Below are positions 10,901 to 20,874 of a DNA stretch of 64,000 nucleotides, one piece after another. Location of the stretch: assembly GCA_918797485.1 (NCBI GenBank), contig CAKKNE010000004.1, forward strand, positions 744,001 to 808,000, read 5' to 3'. How positions within the stretch are numbered: the stretch's first letter is position 1; each line of letters opens with the position of its first letter. Under the pieces are notes generated by a model, which saw only the letters and a program-made list of their open reading frames with translations, did not search any database and was not told the DNA's origin. Made by a program: the position numbers and the translations under genes. Origin of the DNA: Pelagomonas calceolata. Taxonomy: Eukaryota.

Positions 10901-12652
10901 CCCATGTACCAGCAGGGGCCGCCGCCCGGCGCCTACGGCGCGCCGCCTTTTGGCGGCCCGCCGTCCGGCGCGTTCCCGCCGCGCCCGCCGCCGCCGCCCA
11001 TGGCGCCGGCCGTGCCACCGCCGCCGCCCGTCGACTACCAGGCGCTCGCCGCGCAGAAGGCGCAGCAGCAGGCCCAGGCGACGCCCGCGGCGCCGCAACC
11101 GGCATCGGTCGAGGCCGAGATCCCCGGCATGGCCCCCGACGCCGCCATCAACACCGCGCAAGCGTATCAAAAAGCAGCCCAAGGTCAAAGTGTCCACGAG
11201 GAACGGCCTCTGGAGAAGTCTAGAGCGCCGCCGCCGGGGGCTCCGGGTCAACCTCCGGAGGACGGACGCCTGGAGCGGGGCCGCATCCTGTGGTTCGACC
11301 GGGACAAGAACTTTGGGTTCATTGCGGCGGAGGTGGGCGGGGAAAACGTTTTTATTCACGGCTTCGACGTCAAGGGATTTGAGCCGGATAGTGGTGATCC
11401 CCGTACTTCTAGACCGCCCGCGAAGAACGACCTCACGGTGTTCATCCGAGGAAGAGATGTTGGTGGTAGATTAAAAGCGAACGAGGCGGAAGTCTTCCCC
11501 GAGACGGGTGGCCCGCCGCCGCCCGCGTTCCTCGCCGCGGGGCCCCAGCCGACGCGCCCACCTCCGATGATGGCGCCTCCGATGATGGCACCGCCGCCGC
11601 CGCCGCCGATGCCTCCTACGTCTACGTATGTCAACCCCTTCCTCAAGAAGGGCGGCGCGCCCCAGCCGTCGGCCGACATGGCTCCCGTGACCGAGCTCGC
11701 GCCCGGCGTCACGAGACCGCCGACGCCGCCTCCTAGCGACAACGCCTTGCCGCCACCGTCAACAGCCGGGCGCCACGTCGCCTTCTGCAAGTGGTGGGAC
11801 CGGCCCAAGGGCTTCGGGTTTTTAGGTAAGGAAGTGGACGCGCCTGCGAGTGACGATGATATATACGTCCAAGAGTTAGATTTGTTATGTCCGGCATTAA
11901 ATGTTGGAGATGTGGTGGAGTTCACGCTAGGTGGATTAGATAACAATACCAAAAAGAGGAAGGCCTGCGACGTCAAGCTCATTCGTTCCGCAAGGCCGTC
12001 GCAGGAGAAACAGTCGTCGGGCAGGCAACGAGGGACCGTGAAATGGTTCGATCCCCAAAAACAGTACGGCTTCGTGGCGCCCGACGGTGGCGTTCAAGAT
12101 AAAGACGACGTCTTCGCGCATCAATATGATGTTGTGGACGGTGGTAATGCGTTGGCGCAGGGCGAACGCGTCGAGTACGACTGGGCGCCTTCACAAGAAC
12201 CTCAAGGTAGACCGAAGGCCCTGCGCATCTCTCGAGTGGCTACTGGTTTTGCTACCCGAGACGACCATTTTCAACATTTACGACAGCCACCTGCGGAAGG
12301 CGCGTTCCTCTACGGCGGCAAGTTCTGCCGCGGGCAAGTGATGTGGTACGATCCGCAGAAGACCTTTGGGTTCGTGCGTTCCGAGTGGGGCCAGTCGCAG
12401 CAGGACGACGTCTTCATCCACGGGAATGATGTGCGGGAGGCTTCACCATTGGTGCCGGGCGATCGGGTCGTCTACAAGGCGCTGGTCCATCGGGGCCGGC
12501 CCAAGGCCGTGGAGCTCGCGCGGGATCCTTCGGCTGTGGCCGGGCAGCGCTACCAGGGCGTGCAGCCTCCACAAATGGCGCCGCCGCCGCCGAATCTACA
12601 TAACGAGCGCGCGGTGCGGTCGTTCCGGGAGCGGGGGGCGGACGGGGCGTAG
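7976..12652 (+). CDS. Large RNA-binding protein: RS region, RRM-like domain, two CCHC knuckles, Pro-rich region, four cold-shock domains
   Basis: RS/SR tracts; LYIGNL..HAFIECRD..VRISRPKGY (U2AF65-type RRM-like); YVCRRCGIPGHYVQDCPT-type knuckle twice; four (K/L/M)W(F/W/Y)D..K.(F/Y)GF cold-shock motifs. Confidence 0.8.
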   Translation: MARGRRGGTRVTRRKASEAESDAPAPAPANDSSDDDDVPISQLQAQATETKSDSDDDVPIGKMAPKASPKKKKTGSRRGGADAKAARARRAKKAEDEAPEDEPAVDPFAPTARAPAPAPAVEKPLPFGAAPPAFGADAKKKEKKKRSRSRSRGRRRGRDDRRRQHRENDARELRQAVERFVSSYRLDPMAAQRMRGLSKPAQRCVLREGPLDGRNVSAVLMSRIGRLPDQKTLKRDFPTPSPSRSRGRRRSRSSSSSSRSSSSSRSRSPSRSRSPSKSKKDKKSSSDDKKKKGSSDDKKSSKDDKKKRSRSRSRSRSRGRRRRKSPSRSSSSSSESSGARRRRKRRKKKEEAKKKKGSMWDKAPSTDALTAMLGGQLPGMTVSSAAAEAMQKSLENPLPPKHPLSTMRQNRVLDLYIGNLIAGTAIEPVKEWLEGLVTAVRESLPPESPGRILLAESPDGQFESYIRSGKVAAPEGEVSGRTRTDHAFIECRDAAVAALLARLSGVRAQGLASGDRGVRISRPKGYAPLPGGDPFPVAVPVELLDALGVDPDNNPRNADGTTLTAAQMSAVTGQKRGGIPPGDYVCRRCGIPGHYVQDCPTIGLGIAGLGHPPPGYVCKKCGVGGHFIQDCPTKQLEAAAQYLATQGQGADAETLQAIVEAQAKAKLDAARKAAEDMLEAQRAKQQALAGQADTAEARRAQTAHLGAPGPPALMAAPGAQPGAPPPPMGRGRGVDNRPAWMKEQAPPVEQQGPPPPAPTTRKEARYRAALDAGHISRDAYDRAVAEPDTDKPEEAEKVAQKPGSLVDRVVRVTKGSHDKKLSGSLGMVEAWDSRAARYEVRVIGKKKRVALMAGHLEAIDDEAIIADVKQQLAAKAAAKEAEAEAPAPPVAQQPPPPGAPPQMMPPPGAPGAPPPMMQQPPMPQYGAPPPQRDYRTPMPPQYQQAPPQFGGPPPPGQFPPYGGPPPPGAYGGPPPPMYQQGPPPGAYGAPPFGGPPSGAFPPRPPPPPMAPAVPPPPPVDYQALAAQKAQQQAQATPAAPQPASVEAEIPGMAPDAAINTAQAYQKAAQGQSVHEERPLEKSRAPPPGAPGQPPEDGRLERGRILWFDRDKNFGFIAAEVGGENVFIHGFDVKGFEPDSGDPRTSRPPAKNDLTVFIRGRDVGGRLKANEAEVFPETGGPPPPAFLAAGPQPTRPPPMMAPPMMAPPPPPPMPPTSTYVNPFLKKGGAPQPSADMAPVTELAPGVTRPPTPPPSDNALPPPSTAGRHVAFCKWWDRPKGFGFLGKEVDAPASDDDIYVQELDLLCPALNVGDVVEFTLGGLDNNTKKRKACDVKLIRSARPSQEKQSSGRQRGTVKWFDPQKQYGFVAPDGGVQDKDDVFAHQYDVVDGGNALAQGERVEYDWAPSQEPQGRPKALRISRVATGFATRDDHFQHLRQPPAEGAFLYGGKFCRGQVMWYDPQKTFGFVRSEWGQSQQDDVFIHGNDVREASPLVPGDRVVYKALVHRGRPKAVELARDPSAVAGQRYQGVQPPQMAPPPPNLHNERAVRSFRERGADGA

Positions 12653-12811
12653 TAACTTGGAGGATTCCCAAAGGTGATTGCGTGTTTTTATATACAAGGT
12701 GGGTACGTGTGCCCCGGCTCCGAAGCGGCGCCTCGGCGCGTGTGGCACGAGAAAGGGGAGGGTGTGCTATGAACAGCTTCGAGGTGCACGGCCTCGTCGA
12801 CGTCGGCGGGC

Positions 12812-14559
12812 TCACTCGCACCCCGCGCCGGCGTTGCCAATCTGCGCGCCGTCGGTCACCTGATCTCCGTTGTACGTGCAGGTGTCGGTGCCGGGGCCGC
12901 CGTCGAAAATAAAGACGTCGGTGCCGGTCGCAGTCAGCGTGTCGTCGCCCTCGTCGCCCTGCGGAAGAAAATAAGGTCGGGAGCGGTGGGCAGGAGGACA
13001 CGGGGCACACGGATAGCCAGTCGTTGCTGCCCTCCGTGCTCAGCGCGTCGTCGTCGTCGCCGCCCTGCGGAAGGAAACGAGGTCAGGAGCGGCGGGGAGG
13101 GCGGACGCGGGGCAAACGAAGAGGTAGTTGAAGGTGCCGGTCGCGGTCAGCGCGTCGTTGCCCTGGTTGCCCTGCGGAAGGAAACGAGGTCAAGAGCGGT
13201 GGGGAGGGCTAACGCGGGGCAAACGTAGAGGATGTTGCCGTCGCCGTCCGCGATCAGCACGTCGTTGCCCTCCTCGCCCTGCGGAAGAAAACGGGTCGAG
13301 AGCGGTGGGGAGGGCGGACGCGGGGCAAACGAAGAGGAAGTTGCGGTCGCCATCGACAACAATCGCGTCGTTGCCCCCCCGGCCCTGCGCGGAATCCCAC
13401 CATATAATGTGCGAGCGCATGCGCGGAACGGGCGCCGGGCACGCGCTTTGATGTTTACGAAATCTCCAATCACCTTTGCGCAGTCGTTTTTAGACGACAG
13501 AAACACGCGCTCGAAGTCAACACCGCTATCATAATAGTCATTAAAGAAACTCTCTCCGGAAACTTCGCCCTCGAAGCAGACACACTCGTCTAGGCCGCTA
13601 AAGTCGAGGCCGTCGACCTCCGGAGTCTTGCGAGTGCAGCCGCCGCAGCACTTTTCGCAGGTGCCGTCCTCAAGAGCAAGGCAGGCGGCGGCCGCGGGGC
13701 CTCCGACGGGTAGCGTAGGCGCTAGCGTGACGGTAGGCGCTAGCGTGACGGTCGGCTCGGCCGTGGGCTCGGCCGTGGGCTCGGTCGTGGGCTCGGCCAG
13801 ATAGCTGCACGCATCCTGGCAGTAGCAGAAGCAAATGCCAGGAGCCGGGCATTCATCGTTCCAGTCTGACCATCTGCCCGATGTGAAGGAGGCCGTGGCG
13901 TAAAAGTAGGTGTAATCAGCACCATTTACTAAAGCTCCTGAATTGAAATATCTATTATCGGGCTGAACGGGGGACCACTTTGTATATTCGGACGTACATC
14001 CATCCTCCCACACGAAATTGCCTTCGTTGGCGACGTCGGTGTAGCCTAACCAGACCAAGGCGTAGCCGCCTGGGCTTAGGCCATCCTCCTGAACTTGAAG
14101 CCTGAGCTGTTCGTTGACCGCGGCCGACGTGATGCACGGCATCTTGAGTCCAGCTTCGGAGCACGCCTCGTAACAATCTAGGGGCCCAGGGGCGTTCGTA
14201 GTAGTATCCACTTTTTTGAAGGTCCTATCACAGGACGTTGGCGCGACCGTCGGGTCGTCCGTCTTGAGCGTCGGGCTCTTAGAGGGAGCGGCCGTGGGCT
14301 CGGCCGTCGGCTCATCCGTTTGGTATTGGCCAAACTCTAGGCCGCGACCGGCCGGTCTGGAAGGCATCTGGCCCTCCGAAGCGCCGCGTAGCTTCGGCGT
14401 CATGTCGACGGCCAGCGTGGCGTCGTTCTTGGCTACCGCCTTGGCCAGCGACATCTCGAACGTGTCGCCGACGGCCTCGGTGCTGCCGCGCGGGGATGAC
14501 GGCGCGACGGCGCAGGCCGCCGCCACGGCGAGGGCGAGCACTAAGTGCTTGAGGGTCAT
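12812..14559 (-). CDS. Secreted C-type lectin with mucin-like PTAEPT repeats and C-terminal RTX-like Ca-binding repeats; exons 14559-13447, 13384-13331, 13278-13225, 13171-13118, 13064-13011, 12958-12812
   Basis: Signal peptide; CTLD motifs VWLGYTD..EGNFVW..YTKW..QPDN..W.D..C. Five phase-0 introns (first GC-AG, others GT-AG) give in-frame 18-aa GxxGNDxLxxxG repeats and end at TGA 12814-12812. Confidence 0.8.
12959..13384 (-). repeat. Four tandem ~106-bp exon+intron units
   Basis: 54-nt exon plus 52-53-nt intron (gtttgccccgcg...ttccgcag) repeated four times with high similarity. Confidence 0.9.
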
Positions 14560-14626
14560 GTTCGACTACCGCACGTGGCCTGCGAGGACGCACCGGTTTC
14601 CTTCTGTGACAGCGCTGCGGCTCAGG

Positions 14627-17378
14627 GACCCAAATTCCGATAAACGTATACTCAACAAAGAATACTAGTAGGTTACTAGTAGGTTGTCATACGCAGGCTT
14701 CCGGGTACTTCTGGGGAGGTAACTCGACGGATTTGAGCTTCGGCGGTCCGCCCCTGTCGATTGGACCAAAGTTACCCTAGTGAAGAGGCCCCCTAGCCGA
14801 CGGCGACATTCGCGGATGAGACTTACGGCTTGCCAAAGTAGACCAGCGATTGACGCCGCCATCTACGGTCCAGATGGTACATTATATATACTCCAGCCCA
14901 GTTTTCAAACATATCTGACGGAACTAGAGCCGACGGCCCGCGCTCGGAGGGCGGGAAAAGAATTCTACTAGACAACTCCCGAGTTTATGTTCGTTTCCTT
15001 CCATTAGTTAGGGGTAGAGTCCATCTAGGCCGATTGAACAAATACTCATCTATTTTAGGTGCTCCGTTGGAGCCGCGCGAAACGTCGAATCCGCGCCCTC
15101 GCGTTTACATAAAGAATGGCTCAAGACCTGAATCCGCGAATATCAGCGACGCCACTATCCAGATGGACCATAACGCCGTTGTTCTATTCACAATCGACCG
15201 ACTTGCCCGTTCTCCGCGGACGACGGTGCGTACGCGGGGCACTGAATTGGCCCCAGACCGGTGAGTTGTAAAATAAATTCGCGTTTGAGGCGCTTCGGGT
15301 GTGGGACGGGCCAGACAACCGGTCTGAACGTCTACTACATTAGATGACCGGTCCCGTTTCCAACTCGCGCCTCGTCCATCTCGCGACCCCACGATCTCGC
15401 CAATTCGAGCGAGTTACTCAGACCTGCGACCATCAGCCCGTGTACCATCACCATGGACCTTGACGCGATCATTTGTTCCATGACCGACCGACTTACGCGA
15501 GCTCCAGATAAAGATGTTCACGTCCCGAGCGTGGGCAGCAAAAAGTACCCTTCTTATAATGTAGATGGCATATACTCGTAATTGACTATCGGTGGGGTAG
15601 TATAGGGTCCAACGAGACCGCTACGGCGACTACTGGGGGCCCTCAGGTAATTGGCGTTTTTGCCGGGAACGGGGTGCCATCGGGTCCAAATTGCACACTT
15701 TTTTCGGATGCAGATCGGCTCCTGGAGGCCTCTCGGGGTAGGTCTGGTGGTGGGTAAGCCCCTGCACCGCCTACGCCATCGATGCAGCAGCCTAGTGGTC
15801 TCGGAGGGCTCTGAAAGCAAATCTTGGCTAAATATTGCTAAAGTGCCGCGGGCTGCTGAGAGAAATCGGCCAAAATTGCTTGAAGCAGCGGCGCATGCGG
15901 TGTAGGCGCTTGCACGTGTATAGTACCGACCCTAGGCGACCCCAGGGAGACCTGCTCGGCAGGGATTGACAGGATTAAACCGGCGTGGCTGGCATGTGGC
16001 CTCGTCGCCTCCGCACCGCGAATTAAAAAATTACTTTTTTCGCGCACCAGTAAGTGTCCCATTGATCTCTTTGGACCAGTATCGAACCGAACGGCGCTCA
16101 AACAACTGCAAGCCGCGTTTCGCACACAGGGCTAGTGTGTCTACAGGTGTTTTTACGCTAGGATTTGGCGGCGCTCGCTGGCCTGGCGTGCGCGCGGAGC
16201 TGTGCCGGTGACAGCGCAGCGTCTCAACAATGCTCAGCCATCATTGTTGACCGCGCGGCCATGGCCGAGACGCACAGCGGCCACATCTACGGCTGCTTTC
16301 CCGAAGACAAGGTGCACTACGCTGGCACAGAGGGCACGTTTAACGATGACCCGAAGACCGGTTTAGTTGTTGTACGCATCGGGAAAAACAACAAAATCAC
16401 CGCGAAACGAAAGCAGGCTAATAAAAGGCCCCGCGACGAGGACACCGCGGAGATGGCCCTTCGGCGCAAGCTAGCGAGGGACTGGCCAGGTGCAGTCCTC
16501 GAGCGCATGGTCTACGAGAACTACGCAGCCGTCGCCGCGCCCGAACCCGAACCTCCACCTCCACCAGAAACCCCAAAAAAACGACGACGCCTTCCACCAC
16601 AAGTAGAATACGATCCGTGGCTACCCGACTACATGCGCACCGGTCAACGACAAGGCGGCCAAGGCGGTGTACGTGAAGAGACCCGCGACGAGCTCCAAGT
16701 ACTACTCCAACAGCAAGACGAGATCCTCCAAGTACTAGGCGCGGATCAACTACCAGGCGCTCGGGTCCTGCAAAATGCTCTGCTCGACATCCTGGGCAAG
16801 GACGATAGCGACGACGACGACGTGGCGGCGACGCCGCCACTAGAACAACCTGAACCAGCCCCAGCACCTGCCCCTACGATGAGGAAGCATAGTACGAAAA
16901 TCAAAAAGGTGACGACGTCTACTATCCAAACGCAGCAGGGTGCCTTCGAAAACTGGTGCAAAGAAATGCACAACCAGAAGCTACTCGCCGTTCGTGTCCA
17001 GGACCCCAAGTACACTGACGATTTCTGGCTCGCGAAGCCGACCGGAGCCGCCATCGTCGCGACCGAAAACTTCATACATGCCAATTCAGACTATGAGGTG
17101 GGGTTTATGATCCTACCAATCAAGTGGTACGACATCGTCTCGGGCAAAGAGCGTACCTATACGCTTTTGAACGACGACGTCTACATCCAAGCGAACGCGA
17201 CGGTCCGACTGACTGGACTGAAGTTCAGCCAACACACAAATGGGAGGTACACAATTACCGAGGACACTCACGAGCGTATCCTTGAAGCTATCTAGGCCGG
17301 TTATAATGTTAATTTGTAATTTTATGCGAGTTTCCCGGAATGTGGATGATTCCGTTCAGCTTTTTCGGAATTTGGGTC
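14627..17378. mobile_element. TIR DNA transposon A (2.75 kb)
   Basis: TIR gacccaaattccga (14627-14640) / tcggaatttgggtc (17365-17378); 4-bp TSD cagg (14623-14626 / 17379-17382); lower GC than flanking genes; subterminal tactagtaggt twice. Confidence 0.8.
16261..17295 (+). CDS. Transposon-borne ORF of unknown function (no DDE core recognised)
   Basis: 344-codon ORF inside element A; basic NLS-like PKKRRR; globular-looking C-terminus (LLAVRV..DDFWLAK..IKWY). Confidence 0.55.
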   Translation: MAETHSGHIYGCFPEDKVHYAGTEGTFNDDPKTGLVVVRIGKNNKITAKRKQANKRPRDEDTAEMALRRKLARDWPGAVLERMVYENYAAVAAPEPEPPPPPETPKKRRRLPPQVEYDPWLPDYMRTGQRQGGQGGVREETRDELQVLLQQQDEILQVLGADQLPGARVLQNALLDILGKDDSDDDDVAATPPLEQPEPAPAPAPTMRKHSTKIKKVTTSTIQTQQGAFENWCKEMHNQKLLAVRVQDPKYTDDFWLAKPTGAAIVATENFIHANSDYEVGFMILPIKWYDIVSGKERTYTLLNDDVYIQANATVRLTGLKFSQHTNGRYTITEDTHERILEAI

Positions 17379-17536
17379 CAGGGTCCGCTTCCGGGGATTT
17401 CCGGCCTCGCCGCGAACACCCGCGGGCCGCGGTATCAGCCCGGCCGCAGTTCGAGACCGCACACGCGGGGCTAGCAAGACCCCTGGGCCGCCCCGCACGG
17501 CGCTCGCCGCCACGTTGGCGTTGTGAACTCGTGTGT

Positions 17537-18187
17537 GGGTCGACTCACCATAAAGCCAACCGGAATCATCCATAATACGGAAAATAAGCTTTTTGCCCTT
17601 AGACTACCTAATAATACCCCTCAAGGCCCACGAAAGCGCGCGGCTGTGCTGATGGGTGCGCGAACCCCACCGCGGTGCCGCCGCGCCGCTCGACGACGGT
17701 CGCGCGGTCGCGGTCGACATGCTGTTCGTGCGCGCCGCGTGTCCAGGGCAGCCTTTGGAAGTAGCCCGTTCGCGCCCGCCGTCCGGGACGCGGTTCGGGC
17801 AGCGATTAGGGCGCGCGTAGCGCCTCCTTACACTGGTCTTGCTGGTTGGCGGCCTCTGTGGCGCGACGCGCGCGAATTTTTCGGCGCGCGTGGGCGCCGG
17901 CGCGCGTGGACGTCTTCTCAAGTGCTGCTGTGTGCTGTGCGTACCGATTGGGCCGCGCACGGCCGCAAAAAGTGGGCTGCTCTGAGCTCGTGCGGGTTAC
18001 GAGGTTTGCTAGCGGGTCTTTTCACTAGACGGGCTTTTTCCCTATGGCCAGGGGCGGACCGCCGAAGCTCAAAACCGTCGAGTCTGCCCTTCAGAAGTCC
18101 CCAGAAGCCTGCGTATGGCAACCTACTAGTAACCTACTAGTACTTTTTAAATTCTTTGTTGGGTATTCGTTTTTGGTGAGTCGACCC
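17537..18187. mobile_element. Non-autonomous TIR element B (651 bp), related to A, opposite orientation
   Basis: TIR gggtcgactcacca (17537-17550) / tggtgagtcgaccc (18174-18187); 4-bp TSD gtgt; 18008-18173 is an inverted homolog of 14641-14800. Confidence 0.8.
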
Positions 18188-18454
18188 GTGTGAAGCGAAC
18201 CAACAATAGATAAAAGGCGTGTGTCGAAGACGGGCCGCTCTAAAACACAGATATTTCTCACCGTTTCCAGATATATTAAGGCCGCTCTCGCTCCTGCGCT
18301 CTTGCTTGAGCCTTTTTACCGCGCAGGTGTTGGTGGCCCTCTGGCTCCTCTGGCTCCTCTTTCAGGGTGCCATGCGCACGCGCAAAAAGGCCGAAGCGCG
18401 TGTGGGATTTCTCTGAACGGCTCCGGTCAATTATAATTTTAGAACGAATCCCGT

Positions 18455-18477
18455 GCTAGCGGCCTGTAAGACACTAG
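18455..18477. promoter_or_regulatory. CTAG-bounded upstream motif, copy 3
   Basis: gctagcggcctgtaagacactag upstream of 18635(+); with its flank it is a ~38-bp near-identical reverse complement of 52501-52537. Confidence 0.55.
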
Positions 18478-18634
18478 GGATGCCTAGCAAGCAGTGGCTG
18501 TGCCTGCCTGCTCAGTTATCTCTGCGCCCGAGCTCCGTTTTGCAACAGATTCGCAGCTGAACTCTCTCTGCGGCCACCATCCACCGCTGTCGCGGACCTG
18601 CATTGCTGTAGCACTGACACTGCACGCTGCCACG

Positions 18635-19768
18635 ATGTCGCCCGAAGGCGCCGCACTCGCAAAATACATCCGCGAGCAGTTAAACGGAGGCTGCAACACG
18701 AAACTCGACCTCTGCGCCCGGTTGCCGTGCGACGACGCCGAGCGCAGCGTGGTAGCGCTGCAGGACATCAACGCGGGCGAGCTTTTACTACGAATTCCCG
18801 TAGAGGGCTGCCTGCGCGGAAGGGGCGACGCCGTCGCGACTGAGCTCGCCGCGCGGCTGCAGCTATCGGATGCGTACGTCGCGACCCTACCTACAAACCC
18901 GCCTGGCCTCGAAACGTGGACGCCGGCCGAGCGCGCCTTATTGCGAGGGACGCGGCTCGAAAATGTTTCAAGGGGAGACGCGGACCGCGCGGCGTTGTTG
19001 GTGCGGACGCGGTGTGTCCACGTCTCCGAGGATCAAGTCGCGATGGTCCCCGGCGTCGACGCGTTGAACGACGCGTCGGGCCGCGCGGCGCCGGGCACCA
19101 CTTTGAAAATAGGAGCCTGCTTCGAGATGGTCGCCGAACGTGACCTGTCTCAAGGCGAGGAAGTGACGCATCGCTACGACGACGTTGTGGACGCCGCGGA
19201 CTACTTAGAGCGCTACGGCTTCGCGCCGGTCGTAACAACGTGCTCCAAAGTCTTCGCGGTCGAGGACATTGTTGAAGCGTCACAGAATGCCGGGAGGCGA
19301 GAAGTTTGTTCGACCGTGCTGGCCGCCTCTCAAGGAAGAGTCTGCGTGACGCCGCAGGAGCCATTGCCCGACGACCTGCTGAACGCCGTCCTCGTCTGTG
19401 TTTTGCAGGACGAGGAAGAGTTGGAGGAGCTCATGGCGTGCACCATCGAGGATCACGATGAAGACGGGCGGGATCCCGCGGCTTGGTCAAATGTTGACGC
19501 GCGGGGATTACTACAGCAGGCGTCGGACGTTGAACGGGATTTGGTCGCGGCGGGTCTGGCGCGGCTCGCTGACAATGCGCTCGCGGCCTACGTTTTGAGC
19601 GCATCTGCAGAGTGCGATCCTTCCAGGGTCGAGGCGGCGCGGCGCGTCCGCGATTCTGAAAGGAGCGCGTGCATCGCGCTGCGGGCCGCGCTCAAAGATA
19701 TGGCCTGGCTCGGGGCGGCGCCGGCGTCGCGGAAGCGGGGGCGCGACGAGGACCCGGAGGGAGCTTAA
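18635..19768 (+). CDS. SET-domain methyltransferase, Rubisco-LSMT/SETD6-like
   Basis: RSVVALQDINAGELLLRIP, AMVPGVDALND, MVAERDLSQGEEVTHRY, LERYGF. Confidence 0.75.
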   Translation: MSPEGAALAKYIREQLNGGCNTKLDLCARLPCDDAERSVVALQDINAGELLLRIPVEGCLRGRGDAVATELAARLQLSDAYVATLPTNPPGLETWTPAERALLRGTRLENVSRGDADRAALLVRTRCVHVSEDQVAMVPGVDALNDASGRAAPGTTLKIGACFEMVAERDLSQGEEVTHRYDDVVDAADYLERYGFAPVVTTCSKVFAVEDIVEASQNAGRREVCSTVLAASQGRVCVTPQEPLPDDLLNAVLVCVLQDEEELEELMACTIEDHDEDGRDPAAWSNVDARGLLQQASDVERDLVAAGLARLADNALAAYVLSASAECDPSRVEAARRVRDSERSACIALRAALKDMAWLGAAPASRKRGRDEDPEGA

Positions 19769-20001
19769 GTTGTTGTGTTCGTTGGTTGTTCTTCCAGCGG
19801 CGGCACCCACAAGAGGCTTCGGTGGCGGGAGGCCGGCGGCGGAACGGTGGCGCCCGGGCGCGTCCGGCCTGCTCCCCCCTCGCCGTCGTCGCCTCGGAAC
19901 TAACACTCGGGACGGACGGACGACAGCGGTAGTATGCCAGTACGCCATCGCCGCGCGACGCCGGGACGCCTAGCTCGATAGAAATACTTACGGACGAACT
20001 A

Positions 20002-20874
20002 CTACTGCTCCCACTTCTTGGGCTTGTCCTCGGCCCAGTCCAAGCGCACCGGCCGCGACATGAGGACCTGGCCTTGTTTGAGGAAGGCTTGGTCCGCGTC
20101 CTCGGTGGACGCGAACTCGGCAAACCCACATCCTTTAAAATCGCCGGTCTCGCGGTCCGTCACCCATCTTATGGCCGACAGCGCCAAAGGCTCGAAGAAC
20201 GCTCGGAGAGCGGCATCATCAATATCGTACGACAGGTTGCCGCAGTACAGCTTGCAGCACCCCTCCGGCTTGGCCTTGGGCTGCCTGACCGGTCGGTCAC
20301 TCTTGGGCTTCGGCTTGTCGAGTCGACAGTACATCGTCCGCCCTAGGACTTCAGTCTCGTTCTTCATTTCGACGGCCTTCGACGCCGTCGCCGCATCGGC
20401 GAACTCCAGGACGCCCATGCCCTTGAATTTGCCCGTGTCTCTATCCTCGATCCACTTGATGCGCAGGATGTCGCCCGCATCTGAAAAATGGGCCTTGATC
20501 GCGTCGTCGTCGATGGCCCACGCGAGGTTCGTGCAGAAGACGCTCTTGACCTCGTCGCCGTTCGTGGGCGTGGGCGGCGCCGCGGCGGGCTCGGCCGCGG
20601 GCGCCTCGGCGGCCGCCGCCGCGGCCTTGGCCTCCTTCTTCGCCTTCTTCGCGGCTTTGCGCGCGGCCTTGTCGTCGGCCGGGGGCGCGGCGGCGGCGGC
20701 CTCGGCCTCGGCGGCCTTGCGTTTTTTTTCTTTCTTTGCCGCTTTACGCGCGGCCTTCTCGTCCGCGGGGCTCAGCGGCGGCGTGGCGTCGCCGCCGGCC
20801 TTCGCCGCGAGCTTCGCGGCCTTCGCGGCCTTCTTCGCCTTCTTCGCGGCTTTTTCTTCCGGTGTTTTGCCCAT
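20002..20874 (-). CDS. Nucleolin/NSR1-like protein with two RRMs
   Basis: Lys/Ala-rich N-terminus; VFCTNL..KGMGVLEF and LYCGNL..KGCGFAEF RNP motifs. Confidence 0.85.
   Translation of the reverse strand: MGKTPEEKAAKKAKKAAKAAKLAAKAGGDATPPLSPADEKAARKAAKKEKKRKAAEAEAAAAAPPADDKAARKAAKKAKKEAKAAAAAAEAPAAEPAAAPPTPTNGDEVKSVFCTNLAWAIDDDAIKAHFSDAGDILRIKWIEDRDTGKFKGMGVLEFADAATASKAVEMKNETEVLGRTMYCRLDKPKPKSDRPVRQPKAKPEGCCKLYCGNLSYDIDDAALRAFFEPLALSAIRWVTDRETGDFKGCGFAEFASTEDADQAFLKQGQVLMSRPVRLDWAEDKPKKWEQ

Noticed and set aside
12959..13384. Repeat-spacer-like array resembling CRISPR
   Set aside because: The constant parts are 52-53-nt GT-AG introns and the variable parts are homologous in-frame exons; no cas genes; eukaryotic context.
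14641..18173. Single 3.5-kb transposon with ~160-bp TIRs
   Set aside because: The outer tips do not match each other; each tip pairs with an internal TIR with its own TSD, giving two elements.
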